This document shows, one piece after another, positions 39,195 to 50,688 of a DNA stretch of 64,000 nt. Position 1 is the stretch's first letter. The number at the start of each line of letters is the position of its first letter. This stretch comes from Phycisphaerae bacterium (lineage in GTDB: Bacteria > Planctomycetota > Phycisphaerae > UBA1845 > Fen-1342): positions 640,001-704,000 of the forward strand of contig CAXXWX010000026.1 of the NCBI GenBank assembly GCA_963675745.2. The letters run 5' to 3'. The notes beneath the pieces are model-generated. The model saw only the letters and a program-made list of their open reading frames with translations. It was not told the DNA's origin and made no database searches. The position numbers and the translations under genes were made by a program.

Positions 39195-39755
39195 TCAGCT
39201 CCTGAATGGCATGCCCAACAGCGTCAGCAGCCGCCGGGCTTCCGCGTCGTTGCGGGCCGTTGTGCAAATCGTGATGTTCATGCCCTGCTGGAAAGTGACC
39301 TTGTCCGGATTGATCTCCGGAAAGACGCCGTACTCGGTCAGTCCCATTCCGTAATTGCCGCGGCCGTCAAAACTGTTGGGATCAAGGCCGCGAAAGTCGC
39401 GCACACGCGGCACGGCCAGGGCCACCAGCCGGTCGAAGAACTCGTACATGCGCCGCCCGCGGAGCGTCACCTTCAGTCCGACGTCCCAGCCGGCGCGTAC
39501 TTTGAAGTTCGAAACGCTCTTGCGTGCCCTGGTGACGGCCGGCTTCTGTCCGGTGATGGTGGCCAGGTGCTGTTGGGCTTCGATGAAGCGCCGATTCTCG
39601 CCCGACTTGGCCGCCGACTCCTGCACCGCCTTGCCCAGACCGACCGAAACGACGATCTTGTCCAGACGTGGCAGCGAGAGGGCGTTGTCGCGCTTGAATT
39701 CCTGCTTGAGCGCGTCTCTGATCTCGCCTCGATATTGTTCCAGTAACCGCGTCAT
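39195..39755 (-). CDS. rplE: 50S ribosomal protein L5
   Basis: ITGQKP..T.ARKS...[27 protein letters not shown]. Confidence 0.97.
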   Translation of the reverse strand: MTRLLEQYRGEIRDALKQEFKRDNALSLPRLDKIVVSVGLGKAVQESAAKSGENRRFIEAQQHLATITGQKPAVTRARKSVSNFKVRAGWDVGLKVTLRGRRMYEFFDRLVALAVPRVRDFRGLDPNSFDGRGNYGMGLTEYGVFPEINPDKVTFQQGMNITICTTARNDAEARRLLTLLGMPFRS

Positions 39756-40132
39756 CTACCTGCTCCAACAGCCTTGCCGCGCTTCCGCTCGGCGCGCGTC
39801 ACCTCGCTGAGCACGGTTCCACCGACGCTGACGCGCTTCTTCGAGACGACCTTACCCGCCGCATCCAGCTTCACCGGAAACCGCACGCGCGTGCCCTTGC
39901 CCGTATGGGGGTCCACCGGCTGCACGTTGGATATGTGGATCGGCGCTTCCTTTTGGATACGACCGCCCTGCGGGTGACGCTGGCTCTTCCGCACGTGGCG
40001 GTAGACCATGTTGACACCCTCGATCAGCACACGCCGACCGTCCCGCATAACGCGCAGCACCTTGCCGGTGGCGCCGCGGTGGTCGCCCGAGATCACTATC
40101 ACGCGATCGTCTTTCTTAATCCGAGACGCCAT
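39752..40132 (-). CDS. rplX: 50S ribosomal protein L24
   Basis: IKK.D.VIVISG...G..GKV, EGVN...RH, KEAPIHISNV. Confidence 0.96.
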   Translation of the reverse strand: MASRIKKDDRVIVISGDHRGATGKVLRVMRDGRRVLIEGVNMVYRHVRKSQRHPQGGRIQKEAPIHISNVQPVDPHTGKGTRVRFPVKLDAAGKVVSKKRVSVGGTVLSEVTRAERKRGKAVGAGR

Positions 40133-40134
40133 CG

Positions 40135-40524
40135 TTACCAAACCTCCTCGGCCAGTGAGATGATCTTCGTGAAGTTCTTCTCACGCAGCTCGCGGGCCAC
40201 GGCACCAAACACACGCGTACACCGCGGGTTGCCTTCGGGGTCGATGATCACGGCGGCGTTGCTGTCAAAACGCACGTAGGTGCCATCCGCTCGTCGTGTC
40301 GGGTACTTGGTCCGCACGATCACGCAACGCACCTTGTCGCCCTTCTTGATGTCCGAGTTCGGCGTGGCGGCCTTGACCGAACAGATCGCGATATCGCCGA
40401 CGCCGCCCTTGCGCAGGCGTTTCTTGCCCGTCCCGGCGGAACTGCCCTTGAGCACCTGAATGCACTGCACACTCTTGGCGCCCGAGTTGTCCGCGACATC
40501 CATGCGCGTGTATTGAGTGATCAC
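40135..40524 (-). CDS. rplN: 50S ribosomal protein L14
   Basis: GTG start overlapping the rpsQ stop. [43 protein letters not shown]. Confidence 0.96.
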   Translation of the reverse strand: MITQYTRMDVADNSGAKSVQCIQVLKGSSAGTGKKRLRKGGVGDIAICSVKAATPNSDIKKGDKVRCVIVRTKYPTRRADGTYVRFDSNAAVIIDPEGNPRCTRVFGAVARELREKNFTKIISLAEEVW

Positions 40525-40835
40525 GACGCGCCTCCCTGCGGCGCCCGCCGCAAGATGCGGACCAGCCGCCACTGCTTGGTCTTGCTCAGTGGCCGGCACT
40601 CGCAGATCACGACGGTGTCGCCGTTATTGGCTTCGTTCTTCTCGTCGTGGGCGCGCAGCTTGGTACGTCGCTGAAGCGCCTTGCCGTACTTCGAGTGCCG
40701 CGAGATTCGGGACACCGCGACCGTAATGGTCTTGTCGCCCGCGTTTGACGTCACCACGCCGGTCTGCATGGGACGTTCGCGCCGCGGGCTTTTCGCCGAG
40801 GTGTCGCTGGTTTGTTCAGTTATATCCGCTGCCAT
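40521..40835 (-). CDS. rpsQ: 30S ribosomal protein S17
   Basis: GVV.S...[32 protein letters not shown]. Confidence 0.96.
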   Translation of the reverse strand: MAADITEQTSDTSAKSPRRERPMQTGVVTSNAGDKTITVAVSRISRHSKYGKALQRRTKLRAHDEKNEANNGDTVVICECRPLSKTKQWRLVRILRRAPQGGAS

Positions 40836-40876
40836 CTCTATCACTCACGTCCCTGGCGGCCGGCCGTTATGGCCGC

Positions 40877-41116
40877 CTATCGTCGCGCTGCGGCCGCCGA
40901 CAGGTGCGCCTGCCGCTGCTCGATGTTCGTTTCGCCCTGCTCCTGCATGACGGTCAACACGCGGGCGATCTCCCGGCGCGTTTTGGTGATCTGGGTGGTG
41001 TCCTCGAGCTTCTCGGTGACTGCTTGCGCCCGCAGGTCGAAGAGATGCCGGCGCAGCTCCTCAAGCCGGTTGTGCAGCTCGTCCGCCTTCATCGCTCGAA
41101 TCTCTTCGATCTTCAT
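40877..41116 (-). CDS. rpmC: 50S ribosomal protein L29
   Basis: MKIEEIR...EL...L.ELR..LF.LR.Q...RREIAR.LT. Canonical position. Confidence 0.93.
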   Translation of the reverse strand: MKIEEIRAMKADELHNRLEELRRHLFDLRAQAVTEKLEDTTQITKTRREIARVLTVMQEQGETNIEQRQAHLSAAAARR

Positions 41117-41128
41117 GAATATACGTCC

Positions 41129-41551
41129 TTACACGCCGTGGCGTCGTTTGACGAACCTGACGCGCACCGGCATCTTGTGGGCAATTCGCAACAGCGCGGT
41201 CTTGGCAATGTCCTCGGCGACGCCGCCAATCTCGTACATGATCGTGCCGGCCCTCACGACCGCCACCCAGAAATCCGGCTCGCCCTTACCCTTGCCCATG
41301 CGCGTTTCCAGCGGCTTGGTTGACACGGGCTTGTGCGGAAACATCCGGATGTACACGCGGCCTTCACGGTGCAGGAAGTGAGTCGCCGCCACGCGGCCGG
41401 CCTCAATATTGCGGGCACTGATGCGCCCGCTCTCGGTGGCCTGCAAGCCATAGTCGCCAAAGGCGACCGTGTTGCCGCGCGTGGCCCTTGCACGCACTCT
41501 GCCCTTCTGCGACTTGCGCCACTTCACACGCTTTGGCATACCGGCGGGCAT
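41129..41551 (-). CDS. rplP: 50S ribosomal protein L16
   Basis: PKRVKWRK, FGDYGL, IEAGR, FPHKP...KPLETRMGKGKG. Confidence 0.97.
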   Translation of the reverse strand: MPAGMPKRVKWRKSQKGRVRARATRGNTVAFGDYGLQATESGRISARNIEAGRVAATHFLHREGRVYIRMFPHKPVSTKPLETRMGKGKGEPDFWVAVVRAGTIMYEIGGVAEDIAKTALLRIAHKMPVRVRFVKRRHGV

Positions 41552-41581
41552 GTGCCTGCCTCCTCTGAAAACCGCTATAGA

Positions 41582-42271
41582 CTAGCGACGGGCACGACGC
41601 CGGAAGCGATCAGTCGCCTGCGGCACGATTTCGTCACCGTACATTCCCTTGTAAATCCAGACCTTGATGCCGATCGCTCCGACCTTAGTAACGGAGGTGG
41701 ACAGGGCGTAGTCCACGTGCGCCTGCAAGGTCTGAAGCGGGATCGAGCCCAGGATCTGCGTTTCGACGCGTGCCATCTCGGCCCCGCCCAAACGCCCTGA
41801 ACAGATAATCTTCACGCCCTTGGCGCCGGCCGCCATCGCCGCTTCGCACTTCAGCTTCATGATGCGGCGGAAGCTGGAACGTTTCTTCAACTGCTCGGAG
41901 ATGCTCTCGCCGACCAGCTTGGCGTCAAGATCGGGATGCTTGATCTCGACGATCGCAACGGCCACGCGGCGATCGATCAGATCCTCGATTTGCTCTTTGA
42001 GCTTGTCTACCTCGGCCCCCTTGGCCCCGATGACCATGCCGGGGCGGGCCGTGTGCAGAATGACGCGGACTTCATCACGCGTTCGCTCGATCTCGACCTT
42101 GGCCACGCCGGCGTAGGGCGGCTTGCGGTTCAGCTCATCATCGATGAACTTGCGAAGCCGCTCGTCTTCCACGAGAAACGTGCCGTAGGCCGCCTTCGGA
42201 GCATACCAGCGCGAGCGCCAGCCTTCGGTGATCCCGACGCGGAAACCGGTTGGATTACATTTCTGGCCCAC
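41582..42271 (-). CDS. rpsC: 30S ribosomal protein S3
   Basis: MGQK.NP.GFR.GI, ARPG.VIG.KG, SGRLGGAEMAR, PLQTL.A, GIKVWIYKG. Confidence 0.97.
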   Translation of the reverse strand: MGQKCNPTGFRVGITEGWRSRWYAPKAAYGTFLVEDERLRKFIDDELNRKPPYAGVAKVEIERTRDEVRVILHTARPGMVIGAKGAEVDKLKEQIEDLIDRRVAVAIVEIKHPDLDAKLVGESISEQLKKRSSFRRIMKLKCEAAMAAGAKGVKIICSGRLGGAEMARVETQILGSIPLQTLQAHVDYALSTSVTKVGAIGIKVWIYKGMYGDEIVPQATDRFRRRARR

Positions 42272-42274
42272 GGC

Positions 42275-42607
42275 TTAGTTCCTCTCGTCAACAGCGACGT
42301 AAATGTGACTGGTGCGCTTCTGAATGGGGTGCGCCCGGCCGCGGTCCTTGGGATGCCAACGCTTGATGATCGGTCCCCCGTCCACGCGGATCTCCGAGAC
42401 AAACAGCTTGTTCATGGCCGCCTCTTTTTCGTTGGCGTTGGCCATCGCCGACTTCAAGACGCGGTCCACCATGCGCGCTGCGCGTTTGTGCGTGAATTGC
42501 AGGATCGCGACCGCATCGTCGCAGTTCTGGCCGCGGATCAGGTCGCCGACCAGCCGCGCCTTGCGCTCCGAGATGCGTGCGTAGCGATGTATTGCACTCC
42601 AGGACAT
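42275..42607 (-). CDS. rplV: 50S ribosomal protein L22
   Basis: RIS.RKARLV.DLIRG, LKSA.ANA, VD.GP..KR, RGRA..I.KRTSHI. Confidence 0.96.
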   Translation of the reverse strand: MSWSAIHRYARISERKARLVGDLIRGQNCDDAVAILQFTHKRAARMVDRVLKSAMANANEKEAAMNKLFVSEIRVDGGPIIKRWHPKDRGRAHPIQKRTSHIYVAVDERN

Positions 42608-42622
42608 CGTTGCTCGCCCTTT

Positions 42623-42886
42623 CTACTTGCGCGTCGTGTGCGTCTTGAACGCCCGCGTGGGCGCGAACTCGCCCAGCTTGTGGCCCACCATTTCCTCGGT
42701 GACATACACCTTGGCGTAGTTCCGGCCATTGTGGACGTCGAAGGTCAGCCCGACGAACTCCGGCACAATCGTGCAGGACCGGCTCCAGGCCTTGATCGGC
42801 GTGTGCGCACCCGCCTCCTTCATGGCCATCGCCTTCTTGAACAGCTTCTCGTTGACGTACGGGCCTTTCTTCAAGCTCCGCGGCAT
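42623..42886 (-). CDS. rpsS: 30S ribosomal protein S19
   Basis: RSLKKGP, WSR...[24 protein letters not shown]. Confidence 0.97.
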   Translation of the reverse strand: MPRSLKKGPYVNEKLFKKAMAMKEAGAHTPIKAWSRSCTIVPEFVGLTFDVHNGRNYAKVYVTEEMVGHKLGEFAPTRAFKTHTTRK

Positions 42887-42910
42887 CTCAACGCTCCTTC
42901 AACGACCGGC

Positions 42911-43783
42911 CTACTTCTTGCGGCGCAGCTTGACCAGTCCATAACGCTTGCTGACCCGACGGCGCAGAATCCGACGGTTCGAGTTCTTCCTTGGCTTGCG
43001 CGTGCGGCCGCCGTCCGCCAACTGCCCCCAGGGGGAACAATGATGCCGGCCGCCGTTGCTGCGTCCTTCACCGCCACCGAGCGGATGCGCCACCGGATTC
43101 ATGGCCGTTCCGCGCACATGCGGACGCCGACCCAAAAATCGCTTCTTGCCGGCCTTGCCGAGCCGCACGTTCTGATGGTCCAGGTTGCCGATCTGGCCGA
43201 TGGTTGCCCGGCACCTGACGTGTACTTGTCGCATCTCGCCCGAGGGCAGCAGGATTGTGGCCCAATCGCCCTCGCGCGCCATCAGCCGAGCCACGCCACC
43301 GGCGGTGCGCACCAGCTTGCCACCCTGTCCGGCGGACATCTCGATGTTGTGGACCGGCATCCCGACCGGCATATTCGCCAGCGGCATGGCGTTGCCGACC
43401 TTCGGCTCCACTTTTTCGCCGCTCTCGACCGTGTCACCCGCTTTCAGCGTGAGCGGGGCCAGCATGTAGCGCTTGACGTTGTCGGGATACTCGACCAGGG
43501 CGATGTGACAGGTGCGGTTCGGGTCGTACTGAATCTCGAGCACTTTCCCGACCACGCCATCCATGTTGCGCTTGAAGTCGATCACGCGATAGAGGCGCTT
43601 GTTGCCACCGCCGCGAAAACGCGACGTGATCACGCCATGGTGATTTCGCCCGCCAGTCTTCTTCAGCCGCTCGGTCAGGGACTTGACCGGGCGGTTCTGA
43701 TGCCGATGCGTAATCTCGGCATAGTCGTTGACGCTGGCAAAGCGGCGTCCCGCCGACGTTTTTTTGTAAATCTTTACACCCAT
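42911..43783 (-). CDS. rplB: 50S ribosomal protein L2
   Basis: GGRN..G.IT.R.RGGG.KR.YR.IDFKR, YDPNR, GRRP.VRG.AMNPV.HP.GGGEG. Confidence 0.97.
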   Translation of the reverse strand: MGVKIYKKTSAGRRFASVNDYAEITHRHQNRPVKSLTERLKKTGGRNHHGVITSRFRGGGNKRLYRVIDFKRNMDGVVGKVLEIQYDPNRTCHIALVEYPDNVKRYMLAPLTLKAGDTVESGEKVEPKVGNAMPLANMPVGMPVHNIEMSAGQGGKLVRTAGGVARLMAREGDWATILLPSGEMRQVHVRCRATIGQIGNLDHQNVRLGKAGKKRFLGRRPHVRGTAMNPVAHPLGGGEGRSNGGRHHCSPWGQLADGGRTRKPRKNSNRRILRRRVSKRYGLVKLRRKK

Positions 43784-43828
43784 CGGTCCACTCCGTGGTG
43801 TACAACGGCCTCCTGGCCGATTAACGCA

Positions 43829-44122
43829 CTAGAACAGGTCGATCGCGGCCTCCGGCGCCAGCACGACGATGGCCTTTTTGATCTCCCGGGTCCGTCCATA
43901 CTTGTAGCGGTAGCGACGCAACTTACCGGCACGATTCGATGTGCGCACCGCCTGCACTTTCACGCCATAGATCTTTTCAACGGCGTCCTTGATCTGTGCC
44001 TTGTTTGCGTAGGGGTGCACCTCAAAGGTGTACGCGCCGCCGCGCCGCTCATTACCGCTATGCGTCTGGTGCGAGCTTTTCTCGGTGACGATCGGCTTGA
44101 TGATTGTGTGATAGATGTCCAT
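43829..44122 (-). CDS. rplW: 50S ribosomal protein L23
   Basis: IIKPIVTEKS, YTFEV...ANK.QIK.AVE.I.GVKV..V.T, KKAIV.L. Confidence 0.95.
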   Translation of the reverse strand: MDIYHTIIKPIVTEKSSHQTHSGNERRGGAYTFEVHPYANKAQIKDAVEKIYGVKVQAVRTSNRAGKLRRYRYKYGRTREIKKAIVVLAPEAAIDLF

Positions 44123-44124
44123 CG

Positions 44125-44769
44125 CTACCCGCCTTGCTTGCTCGCCGCGTCGACGCTCTGGCGAAAGGCGTCAAATGCCTCGCGCGTGAAGATCAGATTC
44201 CGGCGTGAGAGGATCGAGAACGCGTTGAGGTCGTTGACGTTCATGATCTCGGCCCGCTGGATGTTTCGGCCGCTCTTGTACAGCATGGGATCGACGCCCG
44301 CCGTGGCGAACACGCAGCCACGCTCGGCCTTCACGGCTCCGAGCAAGGCGGCGAATCGGCGCGTCTTGGGCTCGTCGAACTTGAGCCCGTCGATGACGCA
44401 GGCGCGTTCGCTCTGAATCTGGGCGAGCACCGCCTGATTGCGTGCCAGGCGGCGCATCTTCTTGGGCATGTCCTGGCTGAAGTCCTTGGGCTTACGGGGA
44501 AACGCCCGGCCGCCGCCACGCCGCACGCACGTGCGGGCATTGCCCATGCGTGCCCGTCCGGTGCCCTTTTGGCGATAGAGCTTGCGGGTGGAGCCGATGA
44601 TCTCACCGCGCGATTTCTGAGAAGCGCTGCCCTGCCGACGATTGGCGTGATACATCACGACCGCCTGCTTCAGCAGCGCTGGACGCAGCTCGCCTCCCAG
44701 CAGCGCTTCGTCGATCGATTCGCTGCCGATCTGCTCGCCAGATTCGTTATATACCGGTACGCTCAACAT
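44125..44769 (-). CDS. rplD: 50S ribosomal protein L4
   Basis: RQG....K.R.E..GS.RK.YRQKGTGRAR.G, RGGG.AF..KP. Confidence 0.96.
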   Translation of the reverse strand: MLSVPVYNESGEQIGSESIDEALLGGELRPALLKQAVVMYHANRRQGSASQKSRGEIIGSTRKLYRQKGTGRARMGNARTCVRRGGGRAFPRKPKDFSQDMPKKMRRLARNQAVLAQIQSERACVIDGLKFDEPKTRRFAALLGAVKAERGCVFATAGVDPMLYKSGRNIQRAEIMNVNDLNAFSILSRRNLIFTREAFDAFRQSVDAASKQGG

Positions 44770-44781
44770 GGCTCATATCCG

Positions 44782-45435
44782 CTACGGACGTTTGGTCGCC
44801 TTGGTGACAAGGATGTAGCCGCCTTTCGGCCCCGGGACGGCACCCCGAATCCACATGACATTGTGCTCGGGATCGACGCCCAGCAACTCCTGGCTCTGAA
44901 TGGTGCGGCGCGCGGCCCCCGTCTGGCCACCCATGCGCTTGCCCTTCTTGATCTTGCCGGTGCCGAGGTTCGACGAATGCCCGCCGATACTCCCCGGCGA
45001 GCGGTGCTTGCGCTCGGTTCCGTGCGATGCGGGCTGGCCACCGAAACCCCAACGCTTCATCGGACCCTGGAAGCCCTTCCCGCGGGTGGTGCCAACGATA
45101 TCAACGTGCTTGACTTCGGCGTCGCTGAAGACCTCGACGGTAATGGTGTCGCCAACTTCCCGGTCGGGAGCGTCGGGAAGTCTGATCTCGCGAATGAATC
45201 TTTTGGGGGAGGTTGAGGCTTTGCGGGCGTGACCAATTTCGGGCAGGGTCGAGCGGTGCGGCTTGACGTCGTCGAAACCTAGCTGGACGGCGTCGTATCC
45301 GTCCGGGCCGTCATGACGCTTCACCTGCATTACGACGCAAGGGCCCGCCTCCACGACCGTCACGGGAATCATCTCACCCGACGGGTCGTAGATCTGCGTC
45401 ATGCCCACTTTTTTACCGAGTATTGCCGGTACCAT
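44782..45435 (-). CDS. rplC: 50S ribosomal protein L3
   Basis: [41 protein letters not shown]. Confidence 0.97.
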   Translation of the reverse strand: MVPAILGKKVGMTQIYDPSGEMIPVTVVEAGPCVVMQVKRHDGPDGYDAVQLGFDDVKPHRSTLPEIGHARKASTSPKRFIREIRLPDAPDREVGDTITVEVFSDAEVKHVDIVGTTRGKGFQGPMKRWGFGGQPASHGTERKHRSPGSIGGHSSNLGTGKIKKGKRMGGQTGAARRTIQSQELLGVDPEHNVMWIRGAVPGPKGGYILVTKATKRP

Positions 45436-45509
45436 GCGACGGTACTCCCACCAGCGCTGGCGCGACTGTCGCGCCGCGACGCCGTTTCGCGTTGTCGACT
45501 CGCGTCGAG

Positions 45510-45818
45510 TTACGCCTTGATCTTTACAAACACGCCCGCCGGAACCACCAGACGGTTTAACGCGTCCACCGTCCGTGAGGTCGGCTCGAGAATGTCTATC
45601 ACCCGCTTATGGGTGCGCATCTCAAACTGCTCGCGCGCCTTCTTGTCAATATGCGGCGAACTCAGCACGGTGAAACGTTCGACCCGCGTCGGAAGCGGAA
45701 TCGGGCCACACACCCGGGCGCTGGTGCGCCGGGCCTGTTCGACGATCTCCTCTGCCGACGAATCGAGCGCGCGATGATCGTACGCTTCCATCCTGATTCG
45801 GATCCGCTCACCCGCCAT
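45510..45818 (-). CDS. rpsJ: 30S ribosomal protein S10
   Basis: [32 protein letters not shown]. Confidence 0.97.
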   Translation of the reverse strand: MAGERIRIRMEAYDHRALDSSAEEIVEQARRTSARVCGPIPLPTRVERFTVLSSPHIDKKAREQFEMRTHKRVIDILEPTSRTVDALNRLVVPAGVFVKIKA

Positions 45819-45889
45819 GCACTTACTCCGTTGCCGCTAGTGCGGACATACCCAGCCGGTCGCCCGGACTGTAATTGCCGAGACCCTCT

Positions 45890-45917
45890 AAGATACACGC
45901 CCGTCGTGTGGCGTCAA
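45890..45917 (-). promoter_or_regulatory. Putative S10-operon promoter
   Basis: Minus strand TTGACG-N16-TATCTT about 70 nt upstream of rpsJ. Confidence 0.5.
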
Positions 45918-46070
45918 GCCGACCAGGCGCAAAAACCTCCCGCATATATGCTGCATTTCGCCCGCGGCGGTCACCACACTCGCCAATGGGGCGCCGCTCT
46001 TCTCACACGGGACCGGGAGCTTTGCCTCCAGGTACGGCAAAGACCGCCCGACCCGGGAGCGTCGCGGCGG

Positions 46071-46964
46071 CTAGGCCCCCGGGTCCACAATATAGACGTA
46101 ATCCAGATCGCGAACCCGCCCCAGCGGCGATACCTCCAGGTCAAAGTGGAGCTGCGTCTGGTCCAGCTTGCGCGATTCCACCACCTCGCCGACGGGCATT
46201 GTGATCGGCAGCGTCCCCGCCGCCCCCAGCAGCACGAGATGCGCCCCCAACTCGTGATAGTCGCGCGTGGCCTCCCGGATCAGCATGCGCCCATGGCCCT
46301 GCCCGTAGAGCATTTGCTCACTGCCCACCGGCTCCCACGAGAACGCCTCTTCATCGACCCGCGCCAACTGCACGCGCTGCTTGAAATCCCGGTCGCTCAC
46401 CAGCATCACCAGGCTTTCGTAGGGACGAGCTTCGATGATGCGGCCGATCACCCACTGTCGCGCGAGCAGCTCACGGCCGGAGGCACCGCTCGTATTCGGG
46501 CTTCCCGCGGCGACCCACAACCCGGACCGCACGCCGGCCAGACTTCCCTTGGCCAACACCAACACATCGCGTCGCGGGTCCCCGATCGGGGCGATTACGC
46601 GTGCAATAATGATGCGGCTGCGCGAGTCGCTGAGCTGGTTGTGGAACCCGGTGACATCCGCCAGTCGCAGGTCCAGTTCGCGCTGGTAGTCGTTCAACGC
46701 GAGCACCTGCCGCTCGAGTTCCTCATTCCGGTCAATCAGCGCGGATATCTGCTCGGAGGAAAGCTGCGAGACGCGCGCGTCGCCGCCCCACCCTTTGAGC
46801 CGCATGGTCGCCGACCTCACCGGAGACTCGATGAGCCCCAGCGGTTGCGTAAACACGCGCGCCCAGCCGGTGAATGCGGCCGGCAACAGCGCCGCCGCAA
46901 GCGCCCCGAGCATGAGCACGTTGAATGCGGCTTGCCTGGATAGTCGCCGCGCACGACTGGTCAT
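46071..46964 (-). CDS. mreC: Rod shape-determining protein MreC
   Basis: TM helix, coiled coil, IARVI, KGS.AGVR.G..V, VIGRI.E, P...PVGEV, V.P....DLDYVYIV. Follows mreB. Confidence 0.75.
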   Translation of the reverse strand: MTSRARRLSRQAAFNVLMLGALAAALLPAAFTGWARVFTQPLGLIESPVRSATMRLKGWGGDARVSQLSSEQISALIDRNEELERQVLALNDYQRELDLRLADVTGFHNQLSDSRSRIIIARVIAPIGDPRRDVLVLAKGSLAGVRSGLWVAAGSPNTSGASGRELLARQWVIGRIIEARPYESLVMLVSDRDFKQRVQLARVDEEAFSWEPVGSEQMLYGQGHGRMLIREATRDYHELGAHLVLLGAAGTLPITMPVGEVVESRKLDQTQLHFDLEVSPLGRVRDLDYVYIVDPGA

Positions 46965-47186
46965 CGCAGATGCACAACTCCGTTCCCTGGTTTGACGTCG
47001 ACGGCCTGTCGGATAGCCCCGGCGGGAGAAGGCGAGCAGGGTAGCGGCCCGCGCCGCGCAGGCCATCAAACGCCGATCAGCTCCCGCCCACGACTCGAGC
47101 CCTGGGACCGTCGCAGATCCCAAAAGGCGCTTCGGCTAATCACGCCCGCCCTTGCCATCACACGCGCGTGGATGACGGAAGGAGCT

Positions 47187-48323
<1,137 letters not shown>

Positions 48324-48336
48324 CTAGACCGCGAGA

Positions 48337-48507
48337 TCACCCGCCGGCGGGCGGCAACAGCGTGCCGAACAGCGTTTGCGCCTGAAACCCCACGAACACA
48401 GTCGCCGCAAGGATGCACAGAAATGCCACGACCACCAGGACCGTGTATACGTCATTTTCGGCAGGCGGCCGCATGCGACTGGGGCCAGGGTTCAACTGCG
48501 ACATCAT
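48337..48507 (-). CDS. Small single-pass membrane protein (56 aa, not in ORF track)
   Basis: Manual translation MMSQLNPGPSRMRPPAENDVYTVLVVVAFLCILAATVFVGFQAQTLFGTLLPPAGG*. GGGAG SD at 48510-48514. Confidence 0.65.
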   Translation of the reverse strand: MMSQLNPGPSRMRPPAENDVYTVLVVVAFLCILAATVFVGFQAQTLFGTLLPPAGG

Positions 48508-48547
48508 CACTCCCGTCGTTACCGCTTATGCACCACCGGCGTGGCAA

Positions 48548-49399
48548 TTACGACTGGTCGTACGACACCCGGTCTCCCGGGCGAATCTCGCCCTGGAGGG
48601 TTCTCAGCCGTCCGCCGGCCTCAGCCGGTTGCACCTCGCTGATCGTCAACTCGCCCAGGAATGACCCACCGCGATAGATCATCATGGTCATACCCGGCAC
48701 CACGCCCGACGACGCGCCGATATTCACGCTCGCGTAACTCCCCTCCACGGCGGCAACCTCGCCGCGGATCGGTCCGGCCACGGTGGGGAGCGCCACGGTC
48801 GTCGCCTCGCTGACCGCGGGCCGCCCGCCGGCTGACAGGTGCGCCTGCATGTCGGCGATGCTCTGCTCAGACGCGAAGAGCTTTTCCTGGAGATTGCGCA
48901 CCTGCTCGCGCAGGATGGTCGAATCCGCGGTCAACTCCAGCACGCGCGCGTTGAGCGCCGTGATCTGGTCACGGTTCTTGATCTTGTCCATGACCAGCGC
49001 GTGGTTCTGCTCGCGTAACCCGGCCACCTCCCCGGTCACGATGCCCAGCATCTCCTGGAGTTTCGTACGGCCGGTCTCCGCCGCGACCTTATCGTTGCGC
49101 ACGCGCACCAGGTCGCTCTGCTTCTCGGTGAGGTCGTCGGTCAGGGTCTGGGTGCGCTGGCGTTCGTCCCGCAACTGCGCCTCGGCGCTGCGCAGGGCGT
49201 CATCCTTCATCGCCAACGCCGCTTCCATCGTCGCGACGGCGTTGTCGCGTTCGGTCTGGGCCGCGTCCCTCTGCACCAGATAGGTCTCCGCCAGCGCCCG
49301 GTAGTTCGCCCACTGGGCCGAAGCCGAGATGAACAGGACAGACGCGACGATCGAGAGAACGGCGGTCAACACCACGAATACTTTGGTCATCGTGCTCAC
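48548..49399 (-). CDS. Membrane-anchored long coiled-coil protein with C-terminal beta domain
   Basis: N-terminal TM, about 160 aa of heptad-rich sequence, then IRGEV..V....ASVNIG.SSGV..GM...IYRG..FLG.L.I..V. AAGGAG SD. Confidence 0.7.
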   Translation of the reverse strand: MSTMTKVFVVLTAVLSIVASVLFISASAQWANYRALAETYLVQRDAAQTERDNAVATMEAALAMKDDALRSAEAQLRDERQRTQTLTDDLTEKQSDLVRVRNDKVAAETGRTKLQEMLGIVTGEVAGLREQNHALVMDKIKNRDQITALNARVLELTADSTILREQVRNLQEKLFASEQSIADMQAHLSAGGRPAVSEATTVALPTVAGPIRGEVAAVEGSYASVNIGASSGVVPGMTMMIYRGGSFLGELTISEVQPAEAGGRLRTLQGEIRPGDRVSYDQS

Positions 49400-49630
49400 G
49401 TACGAACTCCTTCACAAAGTGGAGCCGGGCCTTGGTGCCGCCCCGTTCGCCGTTTTCCTCTGTGCGGGCAACTTGAACCGCATTGCCGCCACGCCGGCGG
49501 ATTTTACGAACTCCCGGCTGCTTTGCAACCGCAATTGTGCGCTGTCGGCGCCCATTCCGCAATCGTCCGCCGCCCACGGTTTACGTGAATCCGTTGGCAA
49601 CTTCAGCCACCGCCCGCTACGCTACGCGCG

Positions 49631-50602
49631 ATGGAGCTATCAGTCACACTGCTGGAGCCGCACCGCCGGGCCGACCTCTTTGGCCCAAGCGATCGTTTCC
49701 TGCGCCGGATACGACAAGCCGTCGGCGTGCGGATCGAGGCGCGCAACGCCAACGTGCGTATCATCGGAGAATCAGCGGCCGTCACCAAAGCCGCTTCGGT
49801 CATCGAACACCTGCAAAAGAGGCTGCGCAAGCAAGCCAACCTCGACGACGGCGACATCGACGACGCCCTGGCCGATATCGAACAGCGCGAAGCTGCGCGC
49901 GAGCCGGATGCGCTCGCCACTTTTTCGCGTGGCACGGTCATCAGGCCGCGCACCGATGGTCAGCGCCACTACGTTCAAGCAATGCTCAACAATGACCTGG
50001 TCATTTGTCTCGGGCCGGCCGGCACCGGTAAGACCTATCTGGCCGTCGCTGTCGCAACCCACGCACTGAAGCTCGGGTTGATCCAGCGCATCATGCTGGT
50101 GCGCCCGGCGGTTGAAGCCGGTGAGAAGCTCGGCTTCCTCCCCGGCGACTTCCAGCAGAAAGTGAACCCCTACCTGCGACCGCTGTTCGACGCGATGCAC
50201 GACACGATGACGTTTGACCAGCTCAAGCGTTTTATGGTCAACGACGTGGTCGAGGTCATCCCGCTGGCATACATGCGCGGCCGCACGTTGAATCGCGCGG
50301 CCATCATCCTCGATGAGGCCCAGAACACCACGCCGTCTCAGATGCTGATGTTCCTGACCCGTCTGGGCCACCAGAGCAAGATGATCGTGACGGGCGACGA
50401 CAGCCAGGTGGATCTCGAGCCGGGCCAGCCCTCGGGGCTGACCGATGCGGCCGCCAAGCTGCGTGGGGCTACCGGGGTGGATGTAATCCGGCTGACGGAC
50501 GCGGATATAGTGCGTCATCGCCTGGTTCAGGAAATCGTGAATCGCTACGCGCAATCCAACGCGTCGTCGAAAAAAGCGGGTCGATCGTCCGATAATAAGT
50601 AG
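49631..50602 (+). CDS. phoH: PhoH-family ATPase (KH plus PhoH; YbeZ-like)
   Basis: GPAGTGKTYLA, RPAVEAGEKLGFLPG, PYLRPL.DA, PLAYMRGRTL, LDEAQN, TGD..Q.DL, VRH.LV. Confidence 0.94.
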   Translation: MELSVTLLEPHRRADLFGPSDRFLRRIRQAVGVRIEARNANVRIIGESAAVTKAASVIEHLQKRLRKQANLDDGDIDDALADIEQREAAREPDALATFSRGTVIRPRTDGQRHYVQAMLNNDLVICLGPAGTGKTYLAVAVATHALKLGLIQRIMLVRPAVEAGEKLGFLPGDFQQKVNPYLRPLFDAMHDTMTFDQLKRFMVNDVVEVIPLAYMRGRTLNRAAIILDEAQNTTPSQMLMFLTRLGHQSKMIVTGDDSQVDLEPGQPSGLTDAAAKLRGATGVDVIRLTDADIVRHRLVQEIVNRYAQSNASSKKAGRSSDNK

Positions 50603-50688
50603 CATCGATGCGAAACCGGCCGGCGCCTGCACGCATCTGCCCAAGCCGTGGTTGACTTCCACGCACAACCCGCCAACCCTTATCAAGT

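Noticed and set aside
41936..44416. Long antisense ORFs (826 aa here; also 17126-18688, 45609-46943, 59941-61449, 3323-4912)
   Set aside because: Shadow frames opposite well-identified genes, expected from high-GC codon bias.
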